This document shows positions 24,464 to 34,593 of a stretch of DNA of 64,000 nt, piece by piece. Under the pieces are notes generated by a model. It did not search any database. It was not told the DNA's origin and saw nothing but the letters and a program-made list of their open reading frames with translations. The first letter of the stretch is position 1, and each line of letters begins with the position of its first letter. Origin of the DNA: Bacillota bacterium (GTDB taxonomy: Bacteria > Bacillota > JAAYKD01); contig OY762825.2 in the NCBI GenBank assembly GCA_963666425.2, positions 1,120,001 to 1,184,000 of the forward strand, given 5' to 3'. The position numbers were made by a program, and so were the translations under genes.

Positions 24464-25882
24464 TTATAGTCCACCCCCATAAGCAATCATTGCGAGCTGG
24501 GACGGCAGATAAATAAAGATACCCAGCAAAAGTGCCACAATTCCCAGTGTCATCACACTGGCAACCATGATCGGTGTCCCTTCTTTGACTTCTGGATTCG
24601 TCTGAGGTCCCAAAAATACCTTAACGAAAAGACGAGTCAAATACATGACGGTCATCACAGCACCCAGGATGAAGACGACTCCAAGTCCAATCTGATTGGC
24701 AGAAATGATTCCGTCAATGACAAGGTATTTCGCGAAGAAACCGGAAAAAGGCGGGATTCCCATGACGGAAAAGGCGCAGAGCAAAAAAGCAACCGCAGTA
24801 AAGGGCATTGTTTTAGCCAAACCGCCCATTTTACGAATGTCCTTGGTATGCATATTATGCTCTACAATTCCGGCGCAAAGAAAGAGACCGCCCTTGGCAA
24901 CACTGTGTGCCAGGATATAGAGAAGTCCTCCAACGAAACCGATTTCATTGCCGCAGGAAAGCCCCAGCAAAATAAAAGCCAACTGACTGATGGTAGAATA
25001 GGCCACGACCCGTTTGATATCATTTTCCCGCAGCGCCACACCGGCGCTGATTAAAGCGCTGACCGCAGCGATGATTGGGACAACTGTAAGAAAAATGCCA
25101 TCCACATGGAAGGTCAGTACAAAGAAGCGGGCATAGGCATAAACACCAATCTTAACCAGCACCGCAGCATGTAAAAGCGAGGTAACCGGCGAAGGCGCCA
25201 CACCGGCATCCGGCAGCCAACTATGCAAAGGAAAGGTTGCAGATTTGGATAAAATGCCAAACAGGATCAGGACGACTGTCCAGGCAGGAATGGCGACGCC
25301 TTTCATGGCAGTCAGTTCAAAAGTACCAGTCTGTCCATAAATACTGATGAAACCAACCAACATGATCAAAGCGCCGAGCACCGTAACGATAAACGCTTTG
25401 TTGGCCCGCTGTACCGGAATTTCCTCGCGGTAAAACCCAATCAATCTCCAACAGCATAAAGCGGAAATTTCCCAAAAGGTATAAATGGCGATCAGGTTGG
25501 TCGAATAGACGAGTCCCATCATCGCGCCGATGAACAAACAGATCATCATGTAATATTCATTCTGATTTTCGTATTCCTCTATATAACCAAAGGAATAGAG
25601 AACAATAATAAAACTGACAAACGAGGCTGTCAAAGCCATAAAAACAGCGAGCGCATCCGCATAGAAACCAAAACTCAAACCAAGCGGCAGCGCAAAGCGG
25701 AGAGAAAGCGGCTGACCAGCCAAGACAGCCGGCAAAGCAGCGGCTGCACAAAGAAATCCAACCGCTACAAATACCAAAGTCATACCGTTGCGCAGCTTCT
25801 CCGACCATCTGCCAAACAACGGCAGCAGCAACGCTCCCAAGAGCGGTACTAAAACACCTACTACTAAAACCCATGCATTCAT
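24464..25882 (-). CDS. Antiporter-like subunit (NuoL/M / MrpD family)
   Basis: SKSATFPLHSWLPDA, SLLHAAVLVKIG, KRVVAYSTISQL. Start set to ATG 25882 after GAAAGGTG. Confidence 0.9.
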   Translation of the reverse strand: MNAWVLVVGVLVPLLGALLLPLFGRWSEKLRNGMTLVFVAVGFLCAAAALPAVLAGQPLSLRFALPLGLSFGFYADALAVFMALTASFVSFIIVLYSFGYIEEYENQNEYYMMICLFIGAMMGLVYSTNLIAIYTFWEISALCCWRLIGFYREEIPVQRANKAFIVTVLGALIMLVGFISIYGQTGTFELTAMKGVAIPAWTVVLILFGILSKSATFPLHSWLPDAGVAPSPVTSLLHAAVLVKIGVYAYARFFVLTFHVDGIFLTVVPIIAAVSALISAGVALRENDIKRVVAYSTISQLAFILLGLSCGNEIGFVGGLLYILAHSVAKGGLFLCAGIVEHNMHTKDIRKMGGLAKTMPFTAVAFLLCAFSVMGIPPFSGFFAKYLVIDGIISANQIGLGVVFILGAVMTVMYLTRLFVKVFLGPQTNPEVKEGTPIMVASVMTLGIVALLLGIFIYLPSQLAMIAYGGGL

Positions 25883-25932
25883 GATTTCGCAATCACCTTT
25901 CCATTTCAAGTTAACCGGCTGACAAGGTATGG

Positions 25933-26934
25933 TCAGCAAATTCGGGGCAGTAATTCCCCCCGTGGCAGCAGAATTCTTCTGTGCGAGCCAAATTCCGTAA
26001 CGGCAACGACTTTACCGCTGCCTTTTCGTACTTCTCCGATTATTACCGCATGCTTGCCATGCGCATCCTTTTGCAGAGCGGCAATGACGTCTTTGGCACA
26101 GCTTTGCGCTACCGCCAAAAGCACAACCCCTTCATTGGCAATAAACAGCGGATCAAGCCCTAAGATTTTGCAAGCTGCCCGGACATCCGCCCGCACCGGC
26201 AGTTCCTGATCATAGAGAAGAATATCGGTATCAGCCGTCACCCATTCACAGAGCGTGGCAGCTACACCTCCGCGGGTAGGATCCCGCAGCGCATGAACCG
26301 AATTGCCGTTTGCTTGCAATACTCCCTGCACCATTTCGGCTAAAGGCGCCACATCGCTTTCAATCGCCGGCTGAAAGCCCAGATGATTGCGTTCGGCCAT
26401 CACGGCCATACCGTGACAGGCCAGAAAACTGCTGGCGATAATACAGTCGCCTGCTGCGATTTTTTGCGGTGGAATGCTTCGTCCCGTGGTAAAAACGCCG
26501 ATACCCGCTGTATTGATGAAGATGCGGTCCGCGCTGTTCTGCTCAACAACCTTAGTATCGCCGGTCACAATTTGTACTCCGGCTTCTTTGGCCGTATCGG
26601 CAATCGACTTGACAATTCGCAGCAGCACGCTGATCTCTAAACCCGCTGCCAGGATCATCCCCACTGAGAGGAATTTTGGGCAAGCACCGCTGACCGCCAG
26701 ATCATTCACCGTCCCGCTGACCGCCAGTCTGCCGATATCGCCGCCGGGAAAAAACAGGGGCCTGACGACATAACTGTCTGTTGTCATGGCAATCGTTTCA
26801 CCAACGCTTAAGATTGCCGAATCGGTCAGAGGATTCAAATAGGGATTGGCATATGCAGGCAAAAACAACTGTTCGACCAATTCTCTGGATTTTACCCCGC
26901 CGGATCCGTGCGCCAGCGTGATCACTTCGTCCAT
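25933..26934 (-). CDS. hypE: Hydrogenase maturation protein HypE
   Basis: LAHGSGG, TTDSYVV, FPGGDIG, RDPTRGG, C-terminal LPRIC. Confidence 0.96.
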   Translation of the reverse strand: MDEVITLAHGSGGVKSRELVEQLFLPAYANPYLNPLTDSAILSVGETIAMTTDSYVVRPLFFPGGDIGRLAVSGTVNDLAVSGACPKFLSVGMILAAGLEISVLLRIVKSIADTAKEAGVQIVTGDTKVVEQNSADRIFINTAGIGVFTTGRSIPPQKIAAGDCIIASSFLACHGMAVMAERNHLGFQPAIESDVAPLAEMVQGVLQANGNSVHALRDPTRGGVAATLCEWVTADTDILLYDQELPVRADVRAACKILGLDPLFIANEGVVLLAVAQSCAKDVIAALQKDAHGKHAVIIGEVRKGSGKVVAVTEFGSHRRILLPRGELLPRIC

Positions 26935-26937
26935 GCT

Positions 26938-28002
26938 TTATTCCTCCCTGTAGCGGTAATAAGCCGCGCAAGCGCCCTCAGACGAGACCATACACGGTCC
27001 GATCGGAGCGTCTGGTGTGCAAGCGCTGCCAAAATGAGCACAATTTGGCGGTATCGCTTTACCGCGTAAGATAGCGGCACACAGACATCCCTTTGGTTCC
27101 GCCATTTCCGTTTTTTCAATGGCAAAGCGATTTCGTGCGTCATAAGCGCGGTAAGCCGGACGAAATTGCAAACCGCTTTGCGGCAGACTGCCCAGACCGC
27201 GCCAGATGGCGTCGCTCGGTTCCATCACCCGATAGAGCAAATCCAAGGCGCTGCGGTTGCCGGTTGGCGTCACAACTTGAGGATACATATTGACACATTC
27301 TAATTTCTGCTTTTGAATCAGATCCATGATTGATAAAATCGCCGCCAAAATCTCATCGGCTTCAAACCCGGCAATGGCAGCGGGTAAATGTAATTTTTCC
27401 GGTACGAAAGCAAACGCATCTGCCCCGATCATCGCCGCAACATGTCCGGGGCAAAGCAAAGCATCGATACTGCTTTCATTCTGCAGCAGAGCGGTGATTG
27501 CCGCTGGCATTGTCTTATGCGCGTTCAAAATGCTGAGATTGCGCACCTTTGCTCGCGCAGCTTTTTCTACCAATACCGCCGTATGCGGTGCGGTGGTTTC
27601 AAATCCGATGCCAAAATAAACCACTTGTTTTTCCGGCTGTTGCTGCGCAATGGTCAGCGCATCCAGCGGTGAGGTAACCAATCGAACATCTCTGCCCTGT
27701 TCATACAGCGAATAGAGACTAATCTTACCGTTCGGCACCCGCATCATATCGCCAAAGCAGGTGAATATCACTTCATCCCGGCTCGCCAGCGCGATCGCTG
27801 CAGCAATATCCGCCGACGAAGTAACACAAACCGGACAGCCCGGTCCGGAGACAAGCCGGATATTCGACGGTAAAAGAGAGGGTAAGCCATATTGCCGGAT
27901 ACTGGAAGTATGGGTTCCGCAAACTTCCATGATCGTCACTGGACCGGTTTGATCAGCCAGTTTCCTAATTCCCTGCAGTAAATCCGCTATGCTGTAATTC
28001 AT
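26938..28002 (-). CDS. hypD: Hydrogenase maturation protein HypD
   Basis: MEVCGTHT, GPGCPVCVT, GFETTAP, PGHV, GPCMVSSEGACAAYY. Confidence 0.96.
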   Translation of the reverse strand: MNYSIADLLQGIRKLADQTGPVTIMEVCGTHTSSIRQYGLPSLLPSNIRLVSGPGCPVCVTSSADIAAAIALASRDEVIFTCFGDMMRVPNGKISLYSLYEQGRDVRLVTSPLDALTIAQQQPEKQVVYFGIGFETTAPHTAVLVEKAARAKVRNLSILNAHKTMPAAITALLQNESSIDALLCPGHVAAMIGADAFAFVPEKLHLPAAIAGFEADEILAAILSIMDLIQKQKLECVNMYPQVVTPTGNRSALDLLYRVMEPSDAIWRGLGSLPQSGLQFRPAYRAYDARNRFAIEKTEMAEPKGCLCAAILRGKAIPPNCAHFGSACTPDAPIGPCMVSSEGACAAYYRYREE

Positions 28003-28006
28003 CTGC

Positions 28007-28225
28007 TTAGAGAACGTCCAGCGTTGCTTTGACGAGTTTCTGCAGTTCTTCGCCGGCTTTTTTATCCAGGATCTGTATTACAAAACCGGCATGCACCAGC
28101 ACGATGTCACCCAGCACAGCCTTCTCCATCAAACTGAGATCGGCACGTTTTGAAATGCCACCATAATCAATGGTAGCTTCTCCGTCTTGGATTTTTGTGA
28201 TCAATCCGGGGATTGCAAGGCACAT
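28007..28225 (-). CDS. hypC: Hydrogenase assembly chaperone HypC
   Basis: MCLAIPG start; LVHAGF. Confidence 0.95.
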   Translation of the reverse strand: MCLAIPGLITKIQDGEATIDYGGISKRADLSLMEKAVLGDIVLVHAGFVIQILDKKAGEELQKLVKATLDVL

Positions 28226-28231
28226 CTTTCT

Positions 28232-30523
28232 TCACCTCATTCGATAAGCAACCGCAGCCGCTTGGCCAAAAGCGATACCGCCGTCGTTGGTTGGTATTTT
28301 TTCGTTGCTATAAACCAGAAACCCCTGCTCTTCCAGCGCGGTCATGGCCTGGCCCAACAGATATTCATTCTGAAAAACACCACCGGATAAGACTACCTTC
28401 TGACTGCCGTTATTTTGACGCTGCAGAATTGCCGCTTGCACGATCAATTCTACAACCGCACGATGAAAGCGCAGCGACAGGCTGCCGGCAGGGACAGCGT
28501 TTTTACGATCGGTAAGGACCGCACAAATCAGCGGCCGCCAATCAAACAACATTCCCTCGTCAGTCTGTTCGATGGCAAAATGGTAACTGCCCGCTGCCGT
28601 TTCGTCCATGCTTTGCTGCAGTTCAATTGCTGCCTGTCCCTCATAGGTAGTAATGGGACAAATCCCGGCTAAAGCAGCCACTGCATCAAACAGACGTCCC
28701 ATGGAAGAAGTCAGGGGTGAGTTGACTTCCCTTTCTCCTGCCTGCAGCAAAATTTCCGCTGTTTCTCTGTCTTTGGGGAACAAGTCCAATGCTGTCTCGC
28801 GGCCACAGGTTTGCGCCGTGACAGCCAAGGCGACTCGCCAAGGTTCTTTGATTGCTGTCTCGCCACCCAACAACCGAAACGGGAGCAAATGACCTACCCG
28901 GCTGCTCGAACCAATGTTGCCGAGCAGTGCTTCCCCACCCCAGATACTGCCATCATCTCCCAAACCTGAACCGTCAAAAATCAAGCCGAAGATTTGCTCT
29001 TCGTTCAGATCATGTTCGGCCAGTACCGAGGCAAAGTGAGCATGATGATGTTGAATCGGGATGATCTGAATCTCTTGTTCTGTTTTATTGGTCTTCTGAA
29101 ACGCTTGTTTCAGTGATTTTTGATAAGTAACAGCATAACGGCTGGAAAGATAATCCGGATGGTAATCACAGGCGATCACGGCAGGCAGCGCTTCAAAGAT
29201 TTTCAAAAAAGCTGCGATCTCGTCTGTGTAAGATTTTTCGGTATCAGCATCATCCAAATCGCCGATATGGCCGCTGAGAAAGGCATTTTCCTGTTTTGCT
29301 AAGCAAAAAGTATTTTTTTGCTGTGCTCCCAAGGCAAGAATGACCTGCCGGTTTCCCGGCAAGCGAAGCGGTTCCGGTACAAATCCCCGCGCCCGCCGCA
29401 GCAGATGCAGCCGGTCGTGCACCACGATACCTACACTGTCATCCATTCGGCGGTAAATTTGGCGATTATGGGTCAGAACAGCGTCGGCTATCTGGGAAAA
29501 CCCGGTGAAAGCTTCTTCATCCTGAAAGACCATTGGCCGGTCGGATAAATTTCCGCTTGTCATCACCAAAACCTCTTGATTTTGCAGCAAAAGGTAATGC
29601 AGCGGGGTGTAAGGCAGCATCACACCCAAACGATGATTGTTCTGACATACACTCCAGGCGATGGAACAGTCCGGTTTTTTCTGTAAAAGCACAATCGGTT
29701 TCTGTATAGACGTCAAGGCTCTTTGTTCCGCTTGATTCATCACGCAATATTTTTCTACGGTAGCCAGATCCGGCATCATGACCGCAAATGGTTTGTCATA
29801 ACGTAATTTCCTTTGGCGCAGCGTCTGGACAGCTGCTTCATTGCGCGCGTCGCAAACCAGGTGATAGCCGCCGATTCCCTTGACAGCCACGATTTTGCCG
29901 GCAGCAATTCTGCTTTGGAATGAATCGTAAACATCCCCCGCGAGCGGTTTACCTTTTTGGTAAAAGCTCAAATGCGGACCGCAATCGGGACAGGCATTGG
30001 GTTGAGCATGAAAACGCCGATCGGCCGGGTCCTCGTATTCTGCCTGGCAGGGTTCGCATTGCGTGAATTGTGCCATTGTTGTATTTTTACGATCATAAGG
30101 AATATCCTGAATGATCGTAAAACGTGGTCCGCAATTCGTACAATTGGTAAAAGCATAACGATAGCGCCGGTTTCCTTTTTCGGTTATATCCCGAATACAA
30201 TCGGCACAGATCCCGATATCCGGTGAGATCATGGCATTTCGTGCCCCGGTAAGGCTAGCAAGAATGCGAAAACCAGGCTCTCCCCGCAGCGGCAGTTCTC
30301 TGACTGCAACTTTTTCAATTCGTGCCATTGGCGGTGGATTTTCCTGCAATTCGGTCAAGAATGCTGCACAACTGGCTTGATTCCCCTCAATTTCGATGGA
30401 AACACCCTTAGAAGTGTTATAGACAAACCCATCCAGCAAAAGAGACTTCGCGATGCGATAAACAAAGGGGCGGAATCCCACACCCTGCACAATTCCTTGA
30501 ACTTCTACAGCATATCTTACCAT
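28232..30523 (-). CDS. hypF: Carbamoyltransferase HypF
   Basis: GIVQGVGFRPF acylphosphatase domain, zinc fingers CTNCGPR and RRFHAQPNACPDCGP, QHHHAH, NDGGIAFGQ. Confidence 0.96.
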   Translation of the reverse strand: MVRYAVEVQGIVQGVGFRPFVYRIAKSLLLDGFVYNTSKGVSIEIEGNQASCAAFLTELQENPPPMARIEKVAVRELPLRGEPGFRILASLTGARNAMISPDIGICADCIRDITEKGNRRYRYAFTNCTNCGPRFTIIQDIPYDRKNTTMAQFTQCEPCQAEYEDPADRRFHAQPNACPDCGPHLSFYQKGKPLAGDVYDSFQSRIAAGKIVAVKGIGGYHLVCDARNEAAVQTLRQRKLRYDKPFAVMMPDLATVEKYCVMNQAEQRALTSIQKPIVLLQKKPDCSIAWSVCQNNHRLGVMLPYTPLHYLLLQNQEVLVMTSGNLSDRPMVFQDEEAFTGFSQIADAVLTHNRQIYRRMDDSVGIVVHDRLHLLRRARGFVPEPLRLPGNRQVILALGAQQKNTFCLAKQENAFLSGHIGDLDDADTEKSYTDEIAAFLKIFEALPAVIACDYHPDYLSSRYAVTYQKSLKQAFQKTNKTEQEIQIIPIQHHHAHFASVLAEHDLNEEQIFGLIFDGSGLGDDGSIWGGEALLGNIGSSSRVGHLLPFRLLGGETAIKEPWRVALAVTAQTCGRETALDLFPKDRETAEILLQAGEREVNSPLTSSMGRLFDAVAALAGICPITTYEGQAAIELQQSMDETAAGSYHFAIEQTDEGMLFDWRPLICAVLTDRKNAVPAGSLSLRFHRAVVELIVQAAILQRQNNGSQKVVLSGGVFQNEYLLGQAMTALEEQGFLVYSNEKIPTNDGGIAFGQAAAVAYRMR

Positions 30524-30538
30524 AGTACGACCCTTTAC

Positions 30539-31201
30539 TTAGCCTTTCCGGGCGGCAATCTTTTCTTCAAGATAAGTAATAACCGCATTTGCAGCATAGA
30601 TACCGTTGCATTTACCGACTTCCAATATCTGCACTTTCGGATTGATCTGATGGATATAGGTTTTCATCGTATCGATATTGACATCCACATAGGGAGCAAG
30701 ATCGGTTTTCGTGATCACCACAGCATCGGTATGCAGCATCGCTGGCGGATATTTTAATGGTTTATCCTCCCCTTCCGGCGTACTTAAAATCACCAGACGA
30801 AGATCTTCGCCTAAATCATAGGAAATAGGACAGACCAAATTCCCCACATTTTCGATGATCAGCAAGTCAATTGCGCTGAGATCCAACTGCTCAATTTCGC
30901 TTTGAATCATTCTGGCATCCAGATGGCAGGCACCATTTGTATTGATCTGAGCAGCCTTAACTCCGGTCTTACGAATCCGCTCCGCATCATTTTGTGTCGC
31001 TAAGTCACCTTCAATTACGAAAATTCGCAGCTCTTTGGTTAAGACAGGCAGGATATTCTCCAGCAAAGTCGTTTTACCGGAACCGGGCGAACCCATAATA
31101 TCTAAAACAAAGACATGGTGTTTTTGAAAACCACTGCGGTTCGCTTGTGCAATCGCATCATTCAGTGATTTTAAATTTTGTCCCATTTCAATTTCAGCCA
31201 T
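30539..31201 (-). CDS. hypB: Hydrogenase nickel incorporation GTPase HypB
   Basis: SPGSGKTT, GACHLDA, ENVGNLVCP, EGEDKPLKYP. Confidence 0.96.
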   Translation of the reverse strand: MAEIEMGQNLKSLNDAIAQANRSGFQKHHVFVLDIMGSPGSGKTTLLENILPVLTKELRIFVIEGDLATQNDAERIRKTGVKAAQINTNGACHLDARMIQSEIEQLDLSAIDLLIIENVGNLVCPISYDLGEDLRLVILSTPEGEDKPLKYPPAMLHTDAVVITKTDLAPYVDVNIDTMKTYIHQINPKVQILEVGKCNGIYAANAVITYLEEKIAARKG

Positions 31202-31216
31202 TTGTTTCTCTCCTTT

Positions 31217-31585
31217 TTATCGCTGTCCGTCTTCATTTGCGTATTTTTCACAGTCTAGGCTGATGATATAAATATCCTCGCCCTGCGTGATCTGATAATA
31301 AATACTGCGGCAGCTCGGACAGTGAAATGGAAAACCTGCTGGTTCATATTCCTGACCGCAGCCATCGCAGCGTACCTTGACCGGCAATTGAACCATTTCC
31401 AGCACAGCTCCCTGCAGCACACCGCTTTGCGTCATTGCTTCGAAAGCAAATGCCAGCGCATCCGGCATGGCGTTCGCCAACGCTCCCACAGCTAGCTTGA
31501 CTGTATTGACTTGCTTGACATTCTGCCCTTGCAGAGCTTTTTCTGCCAGGGACAGTAAATCTTGCATTAAGGCTGTTTCGTGCAT
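31217..31585 (-). CDS. hypA: Hydrogenase maturation nickel metallochaperone HypA
   Basis: MHE start after GGAGG; CDGC...CPSC zinc site. Confidence 0.93.
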   Translation of the reverse strand: MHETALMQDLLSLAEKALQGQNVKQVNTVKLAVGALANAMPDALAFAFEAMTQSGVLQGAVLEMVQLPVKVRCDGCGQEYEPAGFPFHCPSCRSIYYQITQGEDIYIISLDCEKYANEDGQR

Positions 31586-31745
31586 CGCTACCTCCAATCA
31601 AAACGCAGATCAAGAACCGCTTGCGCTATCATCACCATTTTAATTGATATGGTCTCTTTTGCCGCAGCCGCTGTGCGGCGATTTTTGGCGATTTTGGTGC
31701 TGTTTTGCGCTGTTTTACAGACTATCCTTCGATTCTCGAAATTGA

Positions 31746-31779
31746 AGTATACCACTTAACAACACACTGTCAAGTGGTA
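31746..31779 (-). promoter_or_regulatory. Putative sigmaA promoter of the hyp/hydrogenase operon with an overlapping inverted-repeat operator
   Basis: TTGACA (31773-31768)-16bp-TATACT with a TG extension; TACCACTT-N14-AAGTGGTA straddles it. Confidence 0.6.
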
Positions 31780-31943
31780 CTTGGCACAATGTCGAAACTC
31801 CCCGTACAGCAACAATTTAATACCAATTGTCTTCTGTCAAGGGAGTTGTGGCTTCCTTATGCATTTGAGAATTCTCGTTTGGAGGAGAGTATTTGAGCCT
31901 GTAAGACCAATCCTTCTCTGACCGACCGACACGCCAACCGGAA

Positions 31944-32696
31944 TCAGCGGAGCGGTGCAGTTTCATAACTTCTGAAATCGCAGCGCCGATCCGTGATCCA
32001 CGCCGGATAAAACCCCACCCGATAAGCCACTCTTTGCGAAGCGAGGTTGCAGGCATCCACATCGTAGGTCGGTACAAAGCCGCGCTGCAGCAATTCCTGT
32101 GTCAAATCGCTGATCAGATAAGCCGCCAATCCCAAGCCCCGGTAGGCGGGCAAGACGGTAATGCCCAGCTGCCTGATCTTATCCCATGGATCGCAAGCGC
32201 CTGCCATCGCCACAATCTGACCTTCTTGTTTTGCCAGTAAGACCAATTCAGTTTGATAAGGGTGTTTCCGGTTATAAATCAAAGCGTTGTCAAAACCAGC
32301 AAATCCCAGCAGAGAAGGAATTTCATCCTGCTCAATCCATTCATAAGAGAAGCCAACCGGCGCTGTAATTGACTTTAACTTGGACAAATCGGGCAAATAG
32401 TGCAGATAATATCCCCTGATGATTGGCAGAGAAAAGATTGTATCTCTGTCCTTGCCTTGCATCAAGGCTTTGGCGATAGCCAGCCGTTCTGCGCTGGCCG
32501 ATACCACAATGGATTTGCCCATCGATAAAAGATCAAAGGAGCGTTCGCCGAGCGTCTGTCGCCTGCGGCCGGGGTTCTCTTTTGCTTCGACAAAAATTAC
32601 GCTGTCTTGTTCGCCATTCAGATCATCCACTGTGCAATTAAGGTCAATTGCCAATTGGATCTGCAACAAACGCAGCATTTCTTTATGTGACATCAT
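31944..32696 (-). CDS. GNAT-family acetyltransferase
   Basis: C-terminal GITVLPAYRGLGLA acetyl-CoA motif and NLASQRVAYRVGF. Confidence 0.8.
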   Translation of the reverse strand: MMSHKEMLRLLQIQLAIDLNCTVDDLNGEQDSVIFVEAKENPGRRRQTLGERSFDLLSMGKSIVVSASAERLAIAKALMQGKDRDTIFSLPIIRGYYLHYLPDLSKLKSITAPVGFSYEWIEQDEIPSLLGFAGFDNALIYNRKHPYQTELVLLAKQEGQIVAMAGACDPWDKIRQLGITVLPAYRGLGLAAYLISDLTQELLQRGFVPTYDVDACNLASQRVAYRVGFYPAWITDRRCDFRSYETAPLR

Positions 32697-33037
32697 CAAG
32701 CTACATCCTTCCAAGCAGTTACACCTTGCTTTATGTACAGGATTATACCGTCAATCTCTTTCATTAGTCATATTATACCACAGGGTGAACAGAATTGGAT
32801 AGCCATTTTTAACGCAAAAAGGGCTCCTGACGATGCGAGAGCCCTCTCTTTCCTGCTTCATTGCATTCAAATCCAGTTTGAACTTTCCCTCTTTTTTTCT
32901 GTTGTTCTCTTGTTATGGATAAAATGTTGGAGCGATACTTCATTGGAAAGCGATAACAGGAGCCATGTGAAAATAAAAGGGCTAACCGATTTATAAAACC
33001 AGTTAGCCACTGAATTTAGTTAGATTCTTGACCTTTT

Positions 33038-33430
33038 CTATTTACTTAGGCAGAGACAAAACGGATGGCCGGCAGGATCGATCATGGTTCTATAGGCATC
33101 CTTGTTATACTGCGTGCTCGCAAGGGATGCTCCGCACGCTAGCGCATAGGAGACAGCCTTGTCTAAATCCGGTACATTGAGATCCAGATGCATCATCTGT
33201 GTTTGTTTTCCCGTTTCCCATGGCCAAACAGGCGGCATATAATCTTCGACCGTCTGGAAGCCGATTGTTTGAGATTTATCCGGCGATTGAATCGCTGCCC
33301 ATTCTTCGCCATCGTAAAATTTCACCCAATTCAATAGCTTCGCATAGAAATCCGCCAAGGCACTGGAATTACCACTATCGATACAGATAGATCCCATAGA
33401 AATAAGCGATTGTTCCTGGCTCATGATCAT
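33038..33430 (-). CDS. VOC/glyoxalase-like protein
   Basis: ICIDS...LADFYAKLL, PPVWP, QMMHLDL, DPAGHPFCL. Confidence 0.85.
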   Translation of the reverse strand: MIMSQEQSLISMGSICIDSGNSSALADFYAKLLNWVKFYDGEEWAAIQSPDKSQTIGFQTVEDYMPPVWPWETGKQTQMMHLDLNVPDLDKAVSYALACGASLASTQYNKDAYRTMIDPAGHPFCLCLSK

Positions 33431-33579
33431 CCAACTCCTTTTTTTGTTTTTATAAATAATCTTATACTTAAAATCAGGACAGCCCAAAGCTCGATTATTC
33501 TTCATTTGGAGTGAAGCCAGCCTGATTCAGTATAGCGGTCCACTAGGGAGTGGTGCTTCTGTTTTTGTTTTTCACGCTA

Positions 33580-34161
33580 CTACTCGAGTTTCTTCTTTAT
33601 GCTTTCCATCGGATTCAGATTCAGATTCAGGCGTTCAATTATCTCGTTCAGCCGTTTTTGTTTGCCTTCTTCTGTTTTTGTGTAGACATACGATGCTGTA
33701 TAAGTTCTGCGCATCGAGCGTGGCATCTTTTCAAAATTCACCCAGGCAGTCTCATAAGGTTTCAGCAAAGCCGAGATTTCGCGGATCTGCTCTTCGGTTA
33801 TCGGATCCGCTTTTGGAGGATTCCAATTCCCGTTATGTTTTGAAATCTCAATTTTCGCCCTACCGAAATCGGTCATTAGGGCTTGGGCTTCGAGTGCCTC
33901 TACAAGGGCTTTATTTTTCTCCGACCATTTACTCGTTTTGCTGCGTTGCTTGAAATACATGATGTATGTCTCAGCATCTACACTCTGCATCTGTCCGTTG
34001 ATCCAACCAAAACATAACGCTTCCTCCAGCGCTTCGGCGGCTTTGATTGATTCGCTATTTTTACTCTTGTTAAAGATCAGCCAGATGCCGTCAGTAGACA
34101 GCGCATTTTCTTGCAGCCAGTCTCTGAATTCTGTCCGGTTCTTAAACAATCGATTATTCAT
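33580..34161 (-). CDS. YdeI/OmpD-associated family protein
   Basis: FRDWLQEN, EEALCFGWING, SKWSEKNK, MTDFG. Confidence 0.85.
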   Translation of the reverse strand: MNNRLFKNRTEFRDWLQENALSTDGIWLIFNKSKNSESIKAAEALEEALCFGWINGQMQSVDAETYIMYFKQRSKTSKWSEKNKALVEALEAQALMTDFGRAKIEISKHNGNWNPPKADPITEEQIREISALLKPYETAWVNFEKMPRSMRRTYTASYVYTKTEEGKQKRLNEIIERLNLNLNPMESIKKKLE

Positions 34162-34591
34162 GATGACCCTCGAGTTGGTCGAGTGTGAAAGCACCTCCGC
34201 CCGGTCCGTAATGGAAACCGGTCTTGGCGGTGAACTTCAAAACACAGTAATCTGGATCGGTAACGCCTTTGGGGTAATATCTTTCGAATCCTTCGCGCCA
34301 GAGAAAATCTTTCGTTGGCTGATCGGTGCAGATCTGTATCTCACCTGCGAACAAAACACTAATATAATCTTCATGTCGGCAATAATAAACCGAAGCCTTG
34401 GGATTATTCATAAAATATCTGATTTTTCTGGAAGAGGTATTCGTTGAGAAGTACTGCGTCCTCAGGCTGTCGTGCTCAAGGACGAGCATGGCCCGCATGA
34501 CTGGATAACCCTCATCGTTGATAGAAGCCAAATAGGCGATGTCGCTGTTTTTTCTTAATTCCTTTACGGTTGACTTTGCATCTTCAGTCAT
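34154..34591 (-). CDS. Pyridoxamine 5'-phosphate oxidase-like FMN-binding protein (general stress protein 26 family)
   Basis: GYPVMRAM, FSTNTSSRK, NPKASVYY, YYPKGVTDPDYCVLKF. Confidence 0.82.
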   Translation of the reverse strand: MTEDAKSTVKELRKNSDIAYLASINDEGYPVMRAMLVLEHDSLRTQYFSTNTSSRKIRYFMNNPKASVYYCRHEDYISVLFAGEIQICTDQPTKDFLWREGFERYYPKGVTDPDYCVLKFTAKTGFHYGPGGGAFTLDQLEGHHE

Positions 34592-34593
34592 AT

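Noticed and set aside
31586-31745. NiCo or other riboswitch in the hypA leader
   Set aside because: Could not fold a four-way junction or find a terminator; an Rfam search would be needed.
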